A DNA stretch of 64,000 nucleotides from Antedon mediterranea. Taxonomy: Eukaryota > Animalia > Echinodermata. This document shows, in pieces, positions 1-48,235 of this stretch (positions within the stretch are counted from its first letter, which is position 1; every line of letters starts with the position of its first letter). The notes under the pieces are model-generated. The model searched no databases. It was not told where the DNA came from and saw nothing but the letters and a program-made list of their open reading frames with translations. A program made the translations under genes and the position numbers. The stretch spans positions 22,354,912-22,418,911 of the forward strand of contig NC_092675.1 in the NCBI RefSeq assembly GCF_964355755.1, given 5' to 3'.

Positions 1-304
1 CTCACAGCTATAATTATCAGCAATTGAGTTGGGTTGGGTTGATTGCAAATTTTATTGCCGATCTCACTTCTTTCCTTCCTAATCCATTTTAAGCAGTAGG
101 TAGGAAGGGAAATATTTATAAACTTTAATATTACATGTTAATAATAATTATTAAAATTTATAATTTGGTCGTATTGGTCCAATATGCAATCAGTAATGTA
201 TATTGATAATTATTAAAATTTATAGTATTTTGTATATTTGTAACGAATAATTGTGTTAGTCTATTTTCTCATTTTGATATCTAAAATTATGTTTTTTTTT
301 TCAG

Positions 305-34307
<34,003 letters not shown>

Positions 34308-35714
34308 TTGTTGGTTGTCAATATCTAATATAAACATGATTCTATAAGCTAGGCCTTTCCAATAACTTTCCAGCCTAGTCCAGAAGTAAGCCTTGAGTCT
34401 GATTCTGCCAACTAGAGATAATATTTGGTCTAATGTGGGAAAAGAAACTTGCTGTACCCTTCCCCACCACCTGTGGATCTATCAGTGCTGTATTTTAGAT
34501 TTAAATGAAGATAATAGAGGACTAAAGTTTGTTTTTCACATTGTAGTTGTAGCCTCTTAAATATATAATTTTCCATTATTGAACAAAATCCACACCATGA
34601 TGGGATAATTATTTTTGCACTTTTTCCATGGTTTTGTATTTTTTCAACAATATTTGTATTGAACTTTTAAAATCAGATTAATTTTTACATTCCTTAAGAT
34701 TAAAGTCTGTAAATATATTTAATTACTTGAATTTTACTAGAAACGCCTTGATACATAATATTGGTTACATTTAATATGCGCTTCAAGTAGCAGAGTTAAC
34801 TTATAGTAATGTTGTTACAGTACAGTACTATTAAAAGTTACATGATAATTCTGTGTGTAATGTTTGTTCAAAATAATTATATAAAAATTGACCAGTTTAA
34901 AAAAACACATTGAATAATTTTAATGTTTAAAGGTAGGCTGTGTTGACTAGTAGAAATGAACTGAACAGTTACAGTTTAGGAGATTTTGCTTAGTGAAACA
35001 TCTTAATTGCAAGTCGATGATTTTGCTTAAGTCAGTATTCAAAATTAATAATTGTGCATATTTAAAAAAAAAATCTTGTATGACAAATAAAGTTTTTTAA
35101 TTAGTACTACTTCACTATTTTGACTTCAGTAAAACAATAATAATATACTATAATGTCACATCAAGTAAAACTGCGGATTTATGGCAACTAAGCATTCACA
35201 AAGTTATGGGTAGTATAAGTTAGCTTTTTAAAAAAAAGACGACATACTGCTGATACAGAGTTCCCTTCAGTTTTGAATTGCAATCTGTTCCTTTCATTAA
35301 AATACCTAGTATTGGTATACTAATAAGTTTCCAGTAGGCCTACATCCAATAAAAGTATTGATGTTAATTTTCATCTTCTTCTTTTCTTTATTTCTGTTGT
35401 CTTTAACAAGAACGTTTAGTTTACAACACGAAGATAGTCCCTTTATAAGGATAGGACTTTTTTTATATTTTGAGTTTGAAATGTCAGTTTTAAGTAAAAT
35501 AAGTACTAATTAAAAATAACAAATATTTGAAAAACATTCTTTGTCAATTAACATTTATGCAACATGCGTTTTTATAGAAAAAAAAATCAGAATAAAGGTT
35601 TGTAAAAATAAGAAAATAATAAAAATATTTTATTTAGTTCAAAAATCCTTTTTTATCTACACTGTGTGTGGTCGGTCAGAAAGTTTTTAAAAACTTTCTA
35701 CACCAATTAAAATT

Positions 35715-35900
35715 AGTTGTAGAGCGCCCTCGCCTCGCCATGAGATGCGCAATGAGTGTAATGATTTGTTCATACTTTTCATTATGCACGCGTTTGACCA
35801 ATGACGATGGGCGTTATAATTATGATTAGGGGAAACCACTTCCGGGATATATACTGAAAACAACAGCGACAGGACGGACCGGTGCGATCGCTGCGGTTAT
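35715..35900 (+). promoter_or_regulatory. Probable GIPC promoter (CpG-enriched, TATA-less)
   Basis: Local CpG enrichment 100-280 bp upstream of the ATG, a CCAAT box (GACCAATG, about 35797) and an ETS-like CACTTCCGG (about 35838). Confidence 0.55.
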
Positions 35901-36001
35901 GACAACGTAGGGAAGGACGGCAGCTAGAATATAAAAAAAAAAACAGTAGGCCTAGGCTAGGTTGGTAAGACATACAGCCTCTTCTTTAGGAAATAATCAC
36001 A

Positions 36002-39000
36002 ATGCCTCTGTTCCCGAAAAAAAAGAATGACAAAAAGGCGAAAGGGTCTGCCCTAACGGAAAACGAACAGGGAATCGCACAGGCTACCGAACCCCCTTAT
36101 GTGAATCAAAATGGTGGCGGTAATCGTGGCGTTGGCGGCGGGGGTACTCCCCATAAATCACAGCCTAGTATTCCACCGAGACAGGCCACTCCTGGTGGCG
36201 GTGTATATGGCACGGCTGAAATACCCCAGACCCGGCATGCCCCAAAGAAGCAATCTGAGCTAGTTTTCCATACACAGCTTGCACATGGAAGTCCAACGGG
36301 CAAGATAGGAGGTTTTACTAATGTCCGAGAATTGTACGAAAAAATTGGAGAAGCCTTCGGGATGTCACCAAAACAGGTTTGTTTACTTTACTTACTTACT
36401 TGTTTCCCGTACACTTTCATCTACGGGATCGAGGCGAAAAAAATCCCCTCTTAACGATAAAATCATATTAAATATAAGGTGAAAACTTCAGCGGGTGGTT
36501 GGACCATGCGACGTGGGAAACTTTAGTAGTACTATACTTTACTAACTACACTAGACCTAATTTATCTTTTTAAATTTGAGCACTTTTTCCTATCAATCGA
36601 TAATATAATAAGAGTTGATTGACAGTTTTTTAATTCGAAACTGCTGAAAATTATTTCTTCAATACATTACAGTATATTGTGATTTTTGTTTTTTAGATTT
36701 TATTCTGCACCCTAAACACACACATTGTAGATATGACAAGGCTATTAGGAGGACAAATTGGCTTAGAAGATTTTATTTTTGCACACATCAAAGGACAAAC
36801 TGACGAACTTGCATTTGAAAAAACCGAACAAGCACTCGGACTAACAATTACGGACAATGGTGCTGGCTATGCATTTATTAAAAGGATAAAAGAACATAGC
36901 GTTATGGACAAGGATGACCGAATACATGTAGGTGATCATATCGAGTCAATAAACGGAAAAACGATGGTAGGATTACGTCACTTTGAAGTTGCGCAAGCAC
37001 TTAAAAGCTTACCCGTCAACCAGAGATTCACGTTGGTCATAACACAACCATTGAAAGCTTTCAGTAAGTTTATTTTGAAACTGTGTTTGCGCTCAGGTAG
37101 TCAAATGATCATGGTGCCATAGTTGACTCAAGGTCAACTGTGGTCAATCAAATAACCAATCACAGTGTAGTATTTTGCGTTGCAACTAGTGGTCAATCAA
37201 ATAACCAATCACAGTATAGTATTTTGCGTTGCAACTAGTGGTCAATCAAATAACCAATCACAGTATTTTGTGTTTCAGCTAAAAGTTACACACCGATAAC
37301 CTGTTAAATGGTGTTTCAACACCAAATTGATTGAGCTTGAGTTTTTTTTAAATGGCATTTACAATCAGTATCCAATTATTTATTTTTTAGTCCTTTTCTG
37401 AATGTACTGTATTTTAGGTCATTTTTTTCACACACCATTAACAGGGTACTGTATTTGCTCGGAATAAAACAGAAACATTCCTCTACGGAGCTAGTACTAG
37501 TAGTATGTTGTTTTTGAACCTGCTGATAATATTATTATTATTAATACAAGAATTGCAGATTATATCCCATGAAACTATGTTCCAGAGAATATATACCCAG
37601 TCAGGGTGGTGCTGTGACTTTTGACCTTGTTATCAGTACTGTACGACATTAGTTTTAGGAGTCCTTAACTGGAGTACTTACTTTACTGAACTACAAAGTG
37701 AAATCACCAAGAAATCTTTAATTAATGAAATGTAAAATAAGTGTATCAGAATAAAATTTACAATACACATTTAAATAAGTTCAATTATTGATAATGATAT
37801 GAGTACTTTAGTAATAATACTACAGTGCAGTATACATTAGTTAGGCATAGATGAGTAGATTAAAAATCAACAATATTTGTGTTGAAATTGTAATTTGATA
37901 AATATTGATTGTGTTTATACCACTATAGTATAGTTATGATCTGTTGGGTTTATTCATGCATGTTTTTTGATCTGAGGGCTATCACGTTTGATTTTTCTGT
38001 TTGTACTCATGCATGCAGTGTGTGTAATAGATGAATTGCTCATTTATCAATTACTGTTCATTATAAGGAGTTTGCAAGGTAAATAATCACATGACCTTTA
38101 CTGTATGAGATAGCTTGAATGAATGATTACTCATACATAAATTAAGTTATTATATAAATTACTATAGTGCTGATTCTTTACTTACAGTACCAGATCCAAG
38201 TTGAGTAATTAAATAAAAGATAAAACAAGTTTAACTTTGGATTTTACAGGTTAGAAAATAATCTTGAACGAATGATTACTCATGATAAAACAATAAACAG
38301 TAAGAGACAGAACAATTTTGATTGAAACTTTCAGGAATCTGAAAAGGATCAAATACAGTATATCAAAACATCAATACTGTAAAAACTGTTGTTTTTATAT
38401 ACTACACACTTGAAAGAACGTGTTTAATTGAAGTTTCACTAAAATTTAACTGTATTTGAAAAAGGTATAACAAGCCGGAAAAATTACCCCTTTTTAATAT
38501 CGTTTGTTTAAAATTGATTCTAATTGCATTATGAACATCAATAGAGTAGTTAAACTGAGACAAAGGATATAATTGATTTAAATAGCTTGTTATTCATGAT
38601 TGCAATTATAACTCACTTGCTTTTATTACCATTGTATTGCCAATAATCTCTCATTTAAAAGGGTCATTTCATAGTATATGCCACTTAAGTAAAAGACTTA
38701 GTAGTACGGTATCATCAAGTACAGTAGCACTGGTTTATGGGCATGTTAATTAGTAATGAGCGCTAATATTTGCTAAATCTTACAAATTGTTTACAATGCG
38801 GAGTGGAGCTTTAGGTCGGTGGTAAACTTGCCTTCAAATCCTAAGGTCCAGGGTTCAATCCTGACTTAGTGATACAACTCACAACTCTTTCTACTCAATT
38901 TCCTACAGTAATCCTAAAATTAGACTTTATATAGTTTCTGTAATTGGGAAGTTTGTTGCTGTTTGTGCATGTTAAAAAAGGAAGCTAACATACTGTACAG

Positions 39001-42000
39001 GTGCTATAGAGACATTATCTTTAACAAAGGGAAAATACTGACCCATACAGTAATGCAGTAGGCCTACATTAGTTTATTTATGGATTATTGTACAGTATTT
39101 AGACAGTACTGTACAGTAGGTATTTATTTTTACCAGTAGTAACAGTACCTAGCAATTAACAAAAACCTCTTTATTAATTATAGTGTAAAGTTATTAAAAT
39201 GGTATATTTTTCATTTAGCCCTCATTTGTGCTACCAAAAGTATACTTGAATGAAAATTGAAAGTACTGTAATATTCATGTATACAGTTTGTTTTGCAGAG
39301 AAATGGAATGTACTCTTATTATAATAACAGTAATTTCAATAAAACCTGATCATTGTAGACAAGCTGACTGACTAATGGCAACCTGAATAACTAGCCTTGA
39401 GTTACTATTATGATAATTGCAAACTAAATGAAATAATTTTAAGCTATAAGGAAATAACTGGTTAAATAATATTGGAATAAATTGCCTCTATTTTCTTAGC
39501 AGGTGAAATGGGACAAATTTCAGTTAACAGATTAATTGGCATTTTTAAAATGGTTAAAAAAACATCCAATTAACCATATAGTTAAACAATTATATTATCA
39601 ATGTGAATTATTAGCTGCAAGGAAAATTAATGGTATGGTTTGCTCTTTGGAAGTGTTACTGTAGGTTCATGTACACTGTATCTAAATTTGAGTTACTATG
39701 TCAGAACAAAAATCGACTAAACTCCACTGTGTCAAAACAAAGCTTTTCAAGATCACAGCTAAAAGTAACACACATTATCCTAAAATATGTTGACATATTG
39801 TATACAGTATGTGCAGTTGAATTCCATTGATTTGTACCTTTCTGGAATAAGGAATTACGCTGTATAAATGCAATTTAAATTTCTATCATGTGCAGTATGT
39901 GTGCGATGATCATTTTAATGTCAACATAATCTTTTCAGTTCCGTCCAGTTGCTCTATAGTTGACATTGGTGCTGTACTGCAACTAGTTCCTTTTAGTTGA
40001 GTTGAAATGTCTTTCAGTTTCAGGTTAACATAAGCATACCTTAATAATAAAAATAGTTAAATATTTGCAATTCAGTATGATGGTAGAAAATTAAATTTTA
40101 TTTAAATTCTTGTTTCTTCATTTAAAATTTAACTTTGTTACATACAGGTGATTAAAATAATAATAATATACAAACAATTATACATTCAATTAAATTTATT
40201 TTTGAAGCTCAAATTCAGCCAAGATCAGCAGCCAAACCACCCACTGCACCAACTGATGGCAAAGTAAAGACTGGTAAAGAAACATTAAGGCTACGAAGCA
40301 CGGGACAAGCAAGAGTTGAAGCCATTGTAAGTATTGGAGAATACAATAGGGACTTTTCGATTTCTTTTTCGATAACCAGTGGTAGCGCCATGTGCAGTGT
40401 GCACTAGATTTCTTTTTGTTTTGTTTGTTCATTGTTTTACTTTACAACACACAAAGTATAATAAACTTAAAGGGGGAATCTGGGTTTAAAATTGGTTTTA
40501 AATATCGTTTATTTATTAAATAAAAAATATTATAACAATATAGACATGTCAGAATGAAGAAGTAATAACGAGAAATTTAAAAAATTAAATTTCATATACA
40601 TTTTAGGGTAAATTCATGGAAAGTCTGTTTTTCAGCAGCTTAGGGAAGCTCATTAATATTCATGAGATATTCACAAAATCACGGCACCAGTGGATTCCAA
40701 ACTCGCGACGTCATGTACGTTGTGTTTGTCAACTAATTTACATCTCTCTCCCCTGTCAAACGACGACCACCCGATCATTGTGAAATACATTTTTTGTAGA
40801 TTTTCTAAGCTAGGCCTAAAGTGTAATAATAACAGTAGTAGTATATATTTATTTGACATTTAATGAAATACAAAATTTAGTACAGATACGGAATCATAAA
40901 TTATACTACAGTATTTTTATACCTCTATAGTACAGATCGTATTATCGGCTTCACGTACAATACTACTCTAGTCCTAGCCTAATAATAATATGGGCGAGAG
41001 CCATTCTGACTAGGGATTCCATGCCACGATGGCTACGTTAAAACAATGGGGCCCATGGGCCTAGCTAGCCTACTACTAGACGATTGGCCCATAAATAACA
41101 AAACCCATCCTATCAACCAAACTCCTAAACAATCTAAACCTAAAACGTTCTACAAAATCGGCTGTAAATATTGAAGCAAAACAAGGTCCGATCGCCGTCC
41201 ACACGTATGGTGTCCCGATCGTCTAAGTAGGCCTAAAATAAAATAGGCTTAGTTTACTCTCCAAAAAAGCGGATACTCATGCATCAAGTAGACCAGGTAG
41301 TAGGAAGGAGACCTAGCCGATCCGGCCCAGTTAAAAATTGAGCTAGCTAGTGTAGTAGACCCTATGCGAATTGATACTACCAGGCCTTTTACTATAGGCT
41401 GCACTACACAAATATTCCAACTCTCTCATTCGAGCTATATTATCTATACCATTCCGGTAGGTCAAGTCGACCTTCAATCAAATACTGTACATCGTTCATG
41501 TTGTGATTATAGACGGGTAAAGGGGTATACTCGACCCGACCAGTTTGGTATTGTTGTATCTGCTTATCACGTGACGATGCCAGGCATGGGCAGCAGAGAG
41601 AGCACGTGTATCGTCGTCTCGCTCGATCCTCAGCAGCAGGAATGTACAGTATACGTTACGCTTCATTGATTTTGATTTTTCCCTAAGTCGGTGCGAAAAT
41701 CGGCAAACGTAAAGTGCAAACATATCTAATTTTTCACTGTTTTGATGAATTTTCATAAAAAATTGACTTTATAAATGGGAAGACCGACTAAAATTACATC
41801 AGATAAGTATAATTTTACAAAAGTAATTGATATGGTTTATGATAACGAGTCGTCGGAAGATGGACCATTTCACGAATTTCCTATTTTGTAACCACAGTGT
41901 GATTTTGCCGTAGCTGCACTTGTTATCTGGCCTGATTTCACAGCCTTCGTTCTGCTTCACTGGGCGCTTATATAAATTGAAACTTTTACCGTTCAAGAGA

Positions 42001-45000
42001 CAAACAAATATATTTTACATTTTTTACTATTCATTTTAAACCCGGAACCCCCCTTTAATAGAAGATATACAAATAATAATAATATAAAAAAAAAGATAAG
42101 TGTGTGGATGGAGGCTATAAAAAAATTTAATAATAAACTTAATGTGCCAAGAATGCACATTCAGTGGAATGCCTTGTTGCATTGACTTTATATAAACCGT
42201 ATATTATATTTTTTGTTTTTGTATTATGAGTTTTTTTTTTCTTTTGCTATGGATATATTATGTCATCATGGTATTCCGAAATAATAATATGAAGGAATGA
42301 ATTACGCCATACATTCACTGGCGTGTCCACTTCAATTAAAATGTTTGTACATGAGGTGTACCTGTGGATAAGTAGACTACCTACCACCCATGTACATTAG
42401 ACGTGAATCATTCACTCAAATCGAAAAAATAATGTGATTGGGGCCAATGTCTATCCAGGTAAAAGCGGCATTACAAACACCACTTCTGGTCTGTGTATCA
42501 CAGTATATTGTACATTCCGTAAACATATTATTATAGGATATAAATAGCTTCTATTACTTCCTTTGAAGGTGCATCATACTACAGTACTATTTACCAGGTT
42601 TACAGTTACTACAGTTTATACAACCAATCAAAACAACAACTATCGCACTACATTACCATCAATTTCCTCCGAATTAAAAACATAAAATCTTCAACTTGGT
42701 TTCCACGCAATGCAAATACATAAACGCATCGCAAGCAATTTAACCGGTCATGATACAATGGATCATCCGAACTGTGCGTTGTGTCCACATCATTGCGTTG
42801 TATCGAAATGGAAACCAACGTTTAATCTAAACTACTGTATTTTTGTTTCTTCTTGTTTTGAATTGTTCTTTGTTTTTGTAAATTAAATATTTTATTGTTA
42901 TGGTAGTATTATATTGTTGCAATTTAAGGTGTTTTGAGCTCCATATTTAGTAATAAAATTGGAAATTCACCTAAAATGAAAACCAGACATTTGGGCCAGC
43001 CTAAGGTGTTCATAATCTAATCTATTGTACCATGCACGAATTTACTATTGTTAAACTATGGTATTGCATGCAATGTTCCATTGTACAGAAATACTACTAT
43101 AAAGTTGCATTCATTAAATTCAAACAAAAGAATAGTTATTGTGAAGTTATTATTTCCTTAACACTAAAAAGGTATATCAGATGAATACTGTAATACTATT
43201 AATGATGAATACTTGATACAGTAAAATCAGTTAAACAATAATGTTTAACCAGTTTTTTAATTCATTGCTGAAAACACTAATCCCTGTTTATAAAACATGC
43301 CCACTGTTCCAAATTGTACATAGAAAAAGGTGTTTTAATGTTTTTTGTAATATTTTGATGTTTACTAAACCAACTACTGTACTGTACAGCTACAGTAATT
43401 GAATTGGATTTAATATTTTATTTATGTAATTAATATTGCCATAGCCTTTAATAAGAGACCTGCGGGTGTTTTGTTATATTTAACACAAGGTTTAACACAG
43501 TACTGTGGAGTACTCATGGAGATTAAAAAGGTGTTCAGAACCAATTAAATTTGCTAAATCAGAGTTTTTTTGTGTTACTTTTGCATCAGCAGCACACGGT
43601 ACATCTTATTATAACTACAGTAATATCACTGATTACTGTCATGTTTGTTCATTGGCTGGGATCTACAGAATGTCACTGACCGAGAAGTAGCATTTATATA
43701 TCCATGGTTAATCTGACTTGCTGCTTCGTGCTGAGCTATCTGCAAACACTAAATCCGCTGCCTTTTTCAGACGCAATTAAAAATGTGTACGCCGCGTACA
43801 AATCTCTACAATTAAGCTGCAAGTCCGAACAGTTCTTTAGTGTGATTCAGGACATAGAATTAGATCCAGGTCCCTGGATTGGAAGGTTTTAAACTGGAAA
43901 TAATCTAGCTTACATTTTGTATACGTGCTATATAGTAGCTACAGTACATGGCATGGCAACTGACTTATCAAATACTGTATGGTGTTTCCTATTATAGTAT
44001 AGTAGCTCAGTATGCTATACATACTGTCGTCTCTATCTTTGGCTGTGTTATGAGATTAAAAACAACACAATGTATATTGATCTCTTCAAACCTGCTGCAA
44101 ATGTGTTTAATAGGGTCAAGTGTCATAAAGTATATATTTGTATTTCAAAGTCTACTGATTAAAACTGTGCACTTTAAACTAAATATAAATCACCAACAAA
44201 ATTTAGAACAAAGATTTAAATTTTATGTGGACAAAATTAAAAGATGAATTACTCATAAACATTTGTTTGTATACTATTGACATTCATTTTTTTTATTTAT
44301 TTATTTCAACTTTATTTATAGAGGGTAACCCTTCCAGCTGAACCCGCAGGCCAGCTGATATTCAGGGGCCCTCTTGAAAATGACAAAATATATAAAACTA
44401 TACTTAACTAATACGAATCTACTATATACATTTAAATTTAAAACTATGAATATATAAAAAAATAATTATCAAAAAAAATTCAATTAAACAATTACGATAA
44501 AATGTGTTTTTTAAAATTAAATTTAAACGAGTTAATATTGGTACATTCTTTCAAAACAGAAGGTAATACATTATATAAAATACAAGCAGAATAAATAAAA
44601 GAGCGCCGGAAACATTCCAATTTAACTTTGGGTACCAGCAAGTCTCCCCTGGAAGCAGCCCTAGTCCTCATAGAGTGTATCGGAACAGTGGAAAATCGTT
44701 GGGTGATGTATCGAGGGGCAATATTGTTCTTGGCTTTAAAAGCTAGGCAGCCTACCTGGTACTGCACCCTCTGTGACACATTCATGATGTGGAGAGATGT
44801 TAGAAGAATGTGAGTGCTGGTGCGAGGCGGAGCTTGAAGAACAACACGCATAGCGCGATTTTAAAGTTTTTGAATCTTATTAATGTTTGTTTTACTTCCG
44901 GTGCCCCAGAGAAGAGCACCGTAGTCAATGTGTGGTAAAATTCAGTATCATACCAGACTGTAACTATGGGTATAACTATAATTAAGTCCCACTGAATCAG

Positions 45001-46200
45001 ACGCAGATTTAGGTGCCCCCCCCCCCCCCCCTAAAATTAGTAGCTGTGTCTTTTTAAAATAAAATAATAACTATTTTTCTGCAACCAGACGGATCGTTTT
45101 TATCATTTATGTTTCTTGGTGAGCAATAAAACTACTTGCTCATATGAAGGTTTAGATTAAAACAATGCTTATGATACATGTACAGAAGCAGACTATACTG
45201 TGTGGTATGATACATTGTTTGTTCAGACTTTGCAAATAGATTGATTGAATATCTGATTATAAATGTACATGTTACAGTGCTGTATATATTAACAAAAGAT
45301 GTAGAGTTTTATTGATTTTTTCCTTTTGCGCTTTTCAGCCCTTAGAATGGGAAACAAGAGCTGTAAAGAGAATTGATGATTTATTGGAATCATTCATGGG
45401 AATAAGAGATGAAGAATTGGGTAAGAAAAATCTTACATCTTATTTACTTGAAATTTATCATATTTAATTATACTAAAATGAATGAAAGGCAACATTGTAA
45501 CCAGCCACTAATCAGGGGTCACTCCTATACAGTAAGGGGACACTGCTTTTGGTTCCAAAGATATTGTACTCGGTATTTTTTATAGAACGTTTGGGTTCTC
45601 ATTGGATCTCATAGTGTGGTATGAAATTAAATGTTTACCTAATAAGAGTGCTAGAATTATTTTTATTGTTTATTATTATTATTTTTAATCTTGATCATTA
45701 ACATGTGAAATTACAGCAGAACTATATCTTAGTTTGATCTTAGTGTTAAAACATATATAGATCATTTGTCACTGGCTATCTTGGTGGTATGTACTGTAGA
45801 CAAACATCTACTGACCTGTATTTATTAACACAGCTTGTATGAACAAGATGGCGCAATGGTAAGAAGGCTGACTTGTGTGTCACAAGTTTGAGACCTACCT
45901 CGTCCTTCAAATTGGATGTTTAGCCATTGATCTGTTTATCTCACAAAATGAATTACCCATGCTATTCTTTCCATAGCAATATCCATTGATCTCTTTCTAA
46001 TTCTCCTCCAAATAATCAATTTTCTAATTCATCATTTATATCTTTCAGCTGGAACAATGGTTGATCTCGGTAAAGACAAGAAATCACCTATTGAATTTCA
46101 AACAGCGCTTAACCAACAACTTGGTGATTTTGAATTTCCAGACGATATTATATTTGATATATGGGGTGCTATTACAGATGCTAGGGCCGGAAGAATATAG
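36002..46200 (+). CDS. GIPC1: GIPC PDZ domain-containing adaptor (GIPC1/kermit ortholog), 364 aa, 5 exons
   Basis: Exons 36002-36376, 36697-37063, 40208-40326, 45339-45420, 46049-46200 (TAG) are all GT-AG and in phase, 1095 nt in total. GH1 motif [14 protein letters not shown]...[26 protein letters not shown]; [23 protein letters not shown]; GH2 [13 protein letters not shown]...[18 protein letters not shown]. Confidence 0.96.
37135..37275. repeat. 49-bp tandem repeat, about 2.7 copies
   Basis: TGGTCAATCAAATAACCAATCACAGT at 37141, 37190 and 37239. Confidence 0.85.
38805..38870 (+). mobile_element. Decayed tRNA-derived SINE head
   Basis: A-box-like TAGGTCGGTGGTAA and B-box GGTTCAATCC. There is no proper cloverleaf. 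Confidence 0.45.
40471..42054. mobile_element. Non-autonomous DNA transposon with TTAA TSD (Kolobok-like), 1584 bp, in GIPC intron 3
   Basis: TTAA|AGGGGGAATCTGGGTTTAAAAT ... ATTTTAAACCCGGAACCCCCCT|TTAA (about 22-bp TIR, 3 mismatches). The interior is CpG-richer and no transposase ORF is visible. Confidence 0.8.
42693..42823. mobile_element. Degenerate MITE (Harbinger-like)
   Basis: AACTTGGTTTCCA ... TGGAAACCAACGTT imperfect TIRs with internal ACGCA/TGCGT motifs. Confidence 0.5.
44290..44942 (-). mobile_element. 5'-truncated L2/CR1-group LINE 3' end
   Basis: Minus-strand [19 protein letters not shown]...APRYI...[16 protein letters not shown]...[10 protein letters not shown], then a 3' UTR stem-loop (GAGGG...CAGCTGG..CAGCTGG...CCCTC) and an (AAAT)n tail. 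Confidence 0.85.
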
Positions 46201-48081
46201 AACTTAGTTTAATAAAGCAAACCTTGCACGCATGTACTCGGTTATCAACCCATAATTCCAGGCATAGTTACTAAATCTTATTAAGTGTATTCTAAATTCT
46301 ATTATCAGTATATACTATACTACAATCGGTGGCTATGGATGCATTTTCACCAGTGGACCCTATTAAAAGTTTTGATGTATAATGTAGTCCATGATACAGT
46401 AGGTCCAAAATCAAGAAAACCATTACAATCATTGATACCATTTATTAGTATTTTCACTGAATTTGTACTGAACATGGTTAGAGAGTGACCTTTATTTATG
46501 GTTTTTGTTTATACAATTCTTTTCTATCTAAAGAGCCATAAATAAAGTTTAAAGGAGTTAACATTCATATTAGTTATGGCTTTTTGTGGGGAACGGGAAG
46601 ACGTTAGGAAAAGAGGAAACAAGGACCAAAGTAGCTTTATATTATATTATGTTCATTTCATTTTTTTTTATGTTCATTTTAATTTTTGCCAATCTAATCT
46701 TGTACTATTTTGATTATGAAAAGTACTTCGGATAGTTTAATCATGGAGGTACAGTACTGGTTTATTTGATACTGTACATAGGCCTACATTAAAGCATATT
46801 TTATTGATTGATTGATTTTATTCGATATTCATACACCAAAGTTAAAATATACAATGTACTAAAAGAATACCAGGATAACCCATTAAGTCGATTATAATTG
46901 TATTTTAATACACTGATGTACAGTATACTGCCTGTAAACAGTAGATAATGACCCATATGTACTTATCTTTAAATGTGTTATATTAGTTGCTTTCAGTTCT
47001 AAATGTAATCATTGAAACAAAGTTTTGTTTCAGTTTTAAAATTCAAATTTGTTAATATCACATTTACTACAATATAGCTAGAGACAAAGCATTTGGTTTG
47101 TTATAACTACTAAATAAAATATCATTTAACTCTAGCAATATTAATAATCCAAGTTTAATATATAATCAATGTTTATTTTAATTTTAGTTCAGGCTATAAA
47201 CTAAAAATGATATACATTAATGTGTTAATTGTAATCCCAATATTTACTATATTTTTGTTTTAGAGGTAGGTAGATTAACAACATTTCATTTCCATTTAAA
47301 AAATAAAAACCTTAATAAGTTTTCAATATTATGTATTAATTTTAGTTATGAAATTTACTTATAAACATAATTTTAATTTTTTAATATTTTACGTGTAAGA
47401 TACTTTAGTGTTTAGTTTAGTACATTAAATGTCAATATTTACTTAAACATAGTTTCCTTAATTAACACAATTACTATATTTGTAATGTAAGTAGATATTA
47501 TAATAATATTCATTAACATCTTGTACATAGATATTGTGTTTGAAACTGTACTGTAACTGTTATTAAAATTTAAAAAATATGTGAATTAAGATAATAATGT
47601 TAGTTTTAACAATGTAAATGTATGATAGTCAATATTCCCAAAACCAGCTGGAAAAATTGAATTGTACTCATTTATAGCCCAAGTTTTAGTCATAATATAC
47701 TGAAAGTGAAAGTTATTCAGTGTGTTGATATAGCTGCTAGTTACACATATTACCAGTATACATGCTTATGCTAGGGAAACACAAAAACTATATTGAATTC
47801 CACATTCTGGAAATGTTTATTGACTTATTAGCGAAATACTTAGTGTTTGTGAATAATGATGTCCTAAATAGTAAACATGTAGCCATGTATACCCATAGAA
47901 CATGATGCATTGTGTATACAAGTAATTAGTTTTAAACACAGTAAATACATTAAAGAAGTGTCCCCTTAAGAAGTGTCCCCTTTAGAGGGGTTGACTGTAA
48001 TGTAACAAAACATAATCTCCTCTCGTTTGTTTCACAGGAAATTATCCCATAGAAAGTGTCCCAAAGGGTTCTACTATATTA

Positions 48082-48235
48082 AGGGCCTTTCACACCTATT
48101 CCGGCACGGTTCCCGTCCGGAGAATAGAACATCAATGTTATGCGTCAATCGATATGCGCGTAGCCTCATGAAAACAAAACATTAACGTTCAATTAGATTT
48201 TCCAGCGCGGTGCCAGAACAGGTGTGAAAGACCCT
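48082..48235. mobile_element. PIF/Harbinger MITE with TTA TSD
   Basis: TTA|AGGGCCTTTCACACCT.TTC.GGCAC ... GTGCCAGAACAGGTGTGAAAGACCCT|TTA. Confidence 0.85.

Noticed and set aside
41364-41996. Transposase or THAP ORFs inside the TTAA element
   Set aside because: The ORFs are short, with no DDE or C2CH motif recognisable.
47950-48000. Complete Tc1/mariner MITE (AAGTGTCCCCTT repeats ending GAGGGGTTGACTGTA)
   Set aside because: Only one terminus is recognisable and no matching left TIR was found, so it is left as an unannotated fragment.
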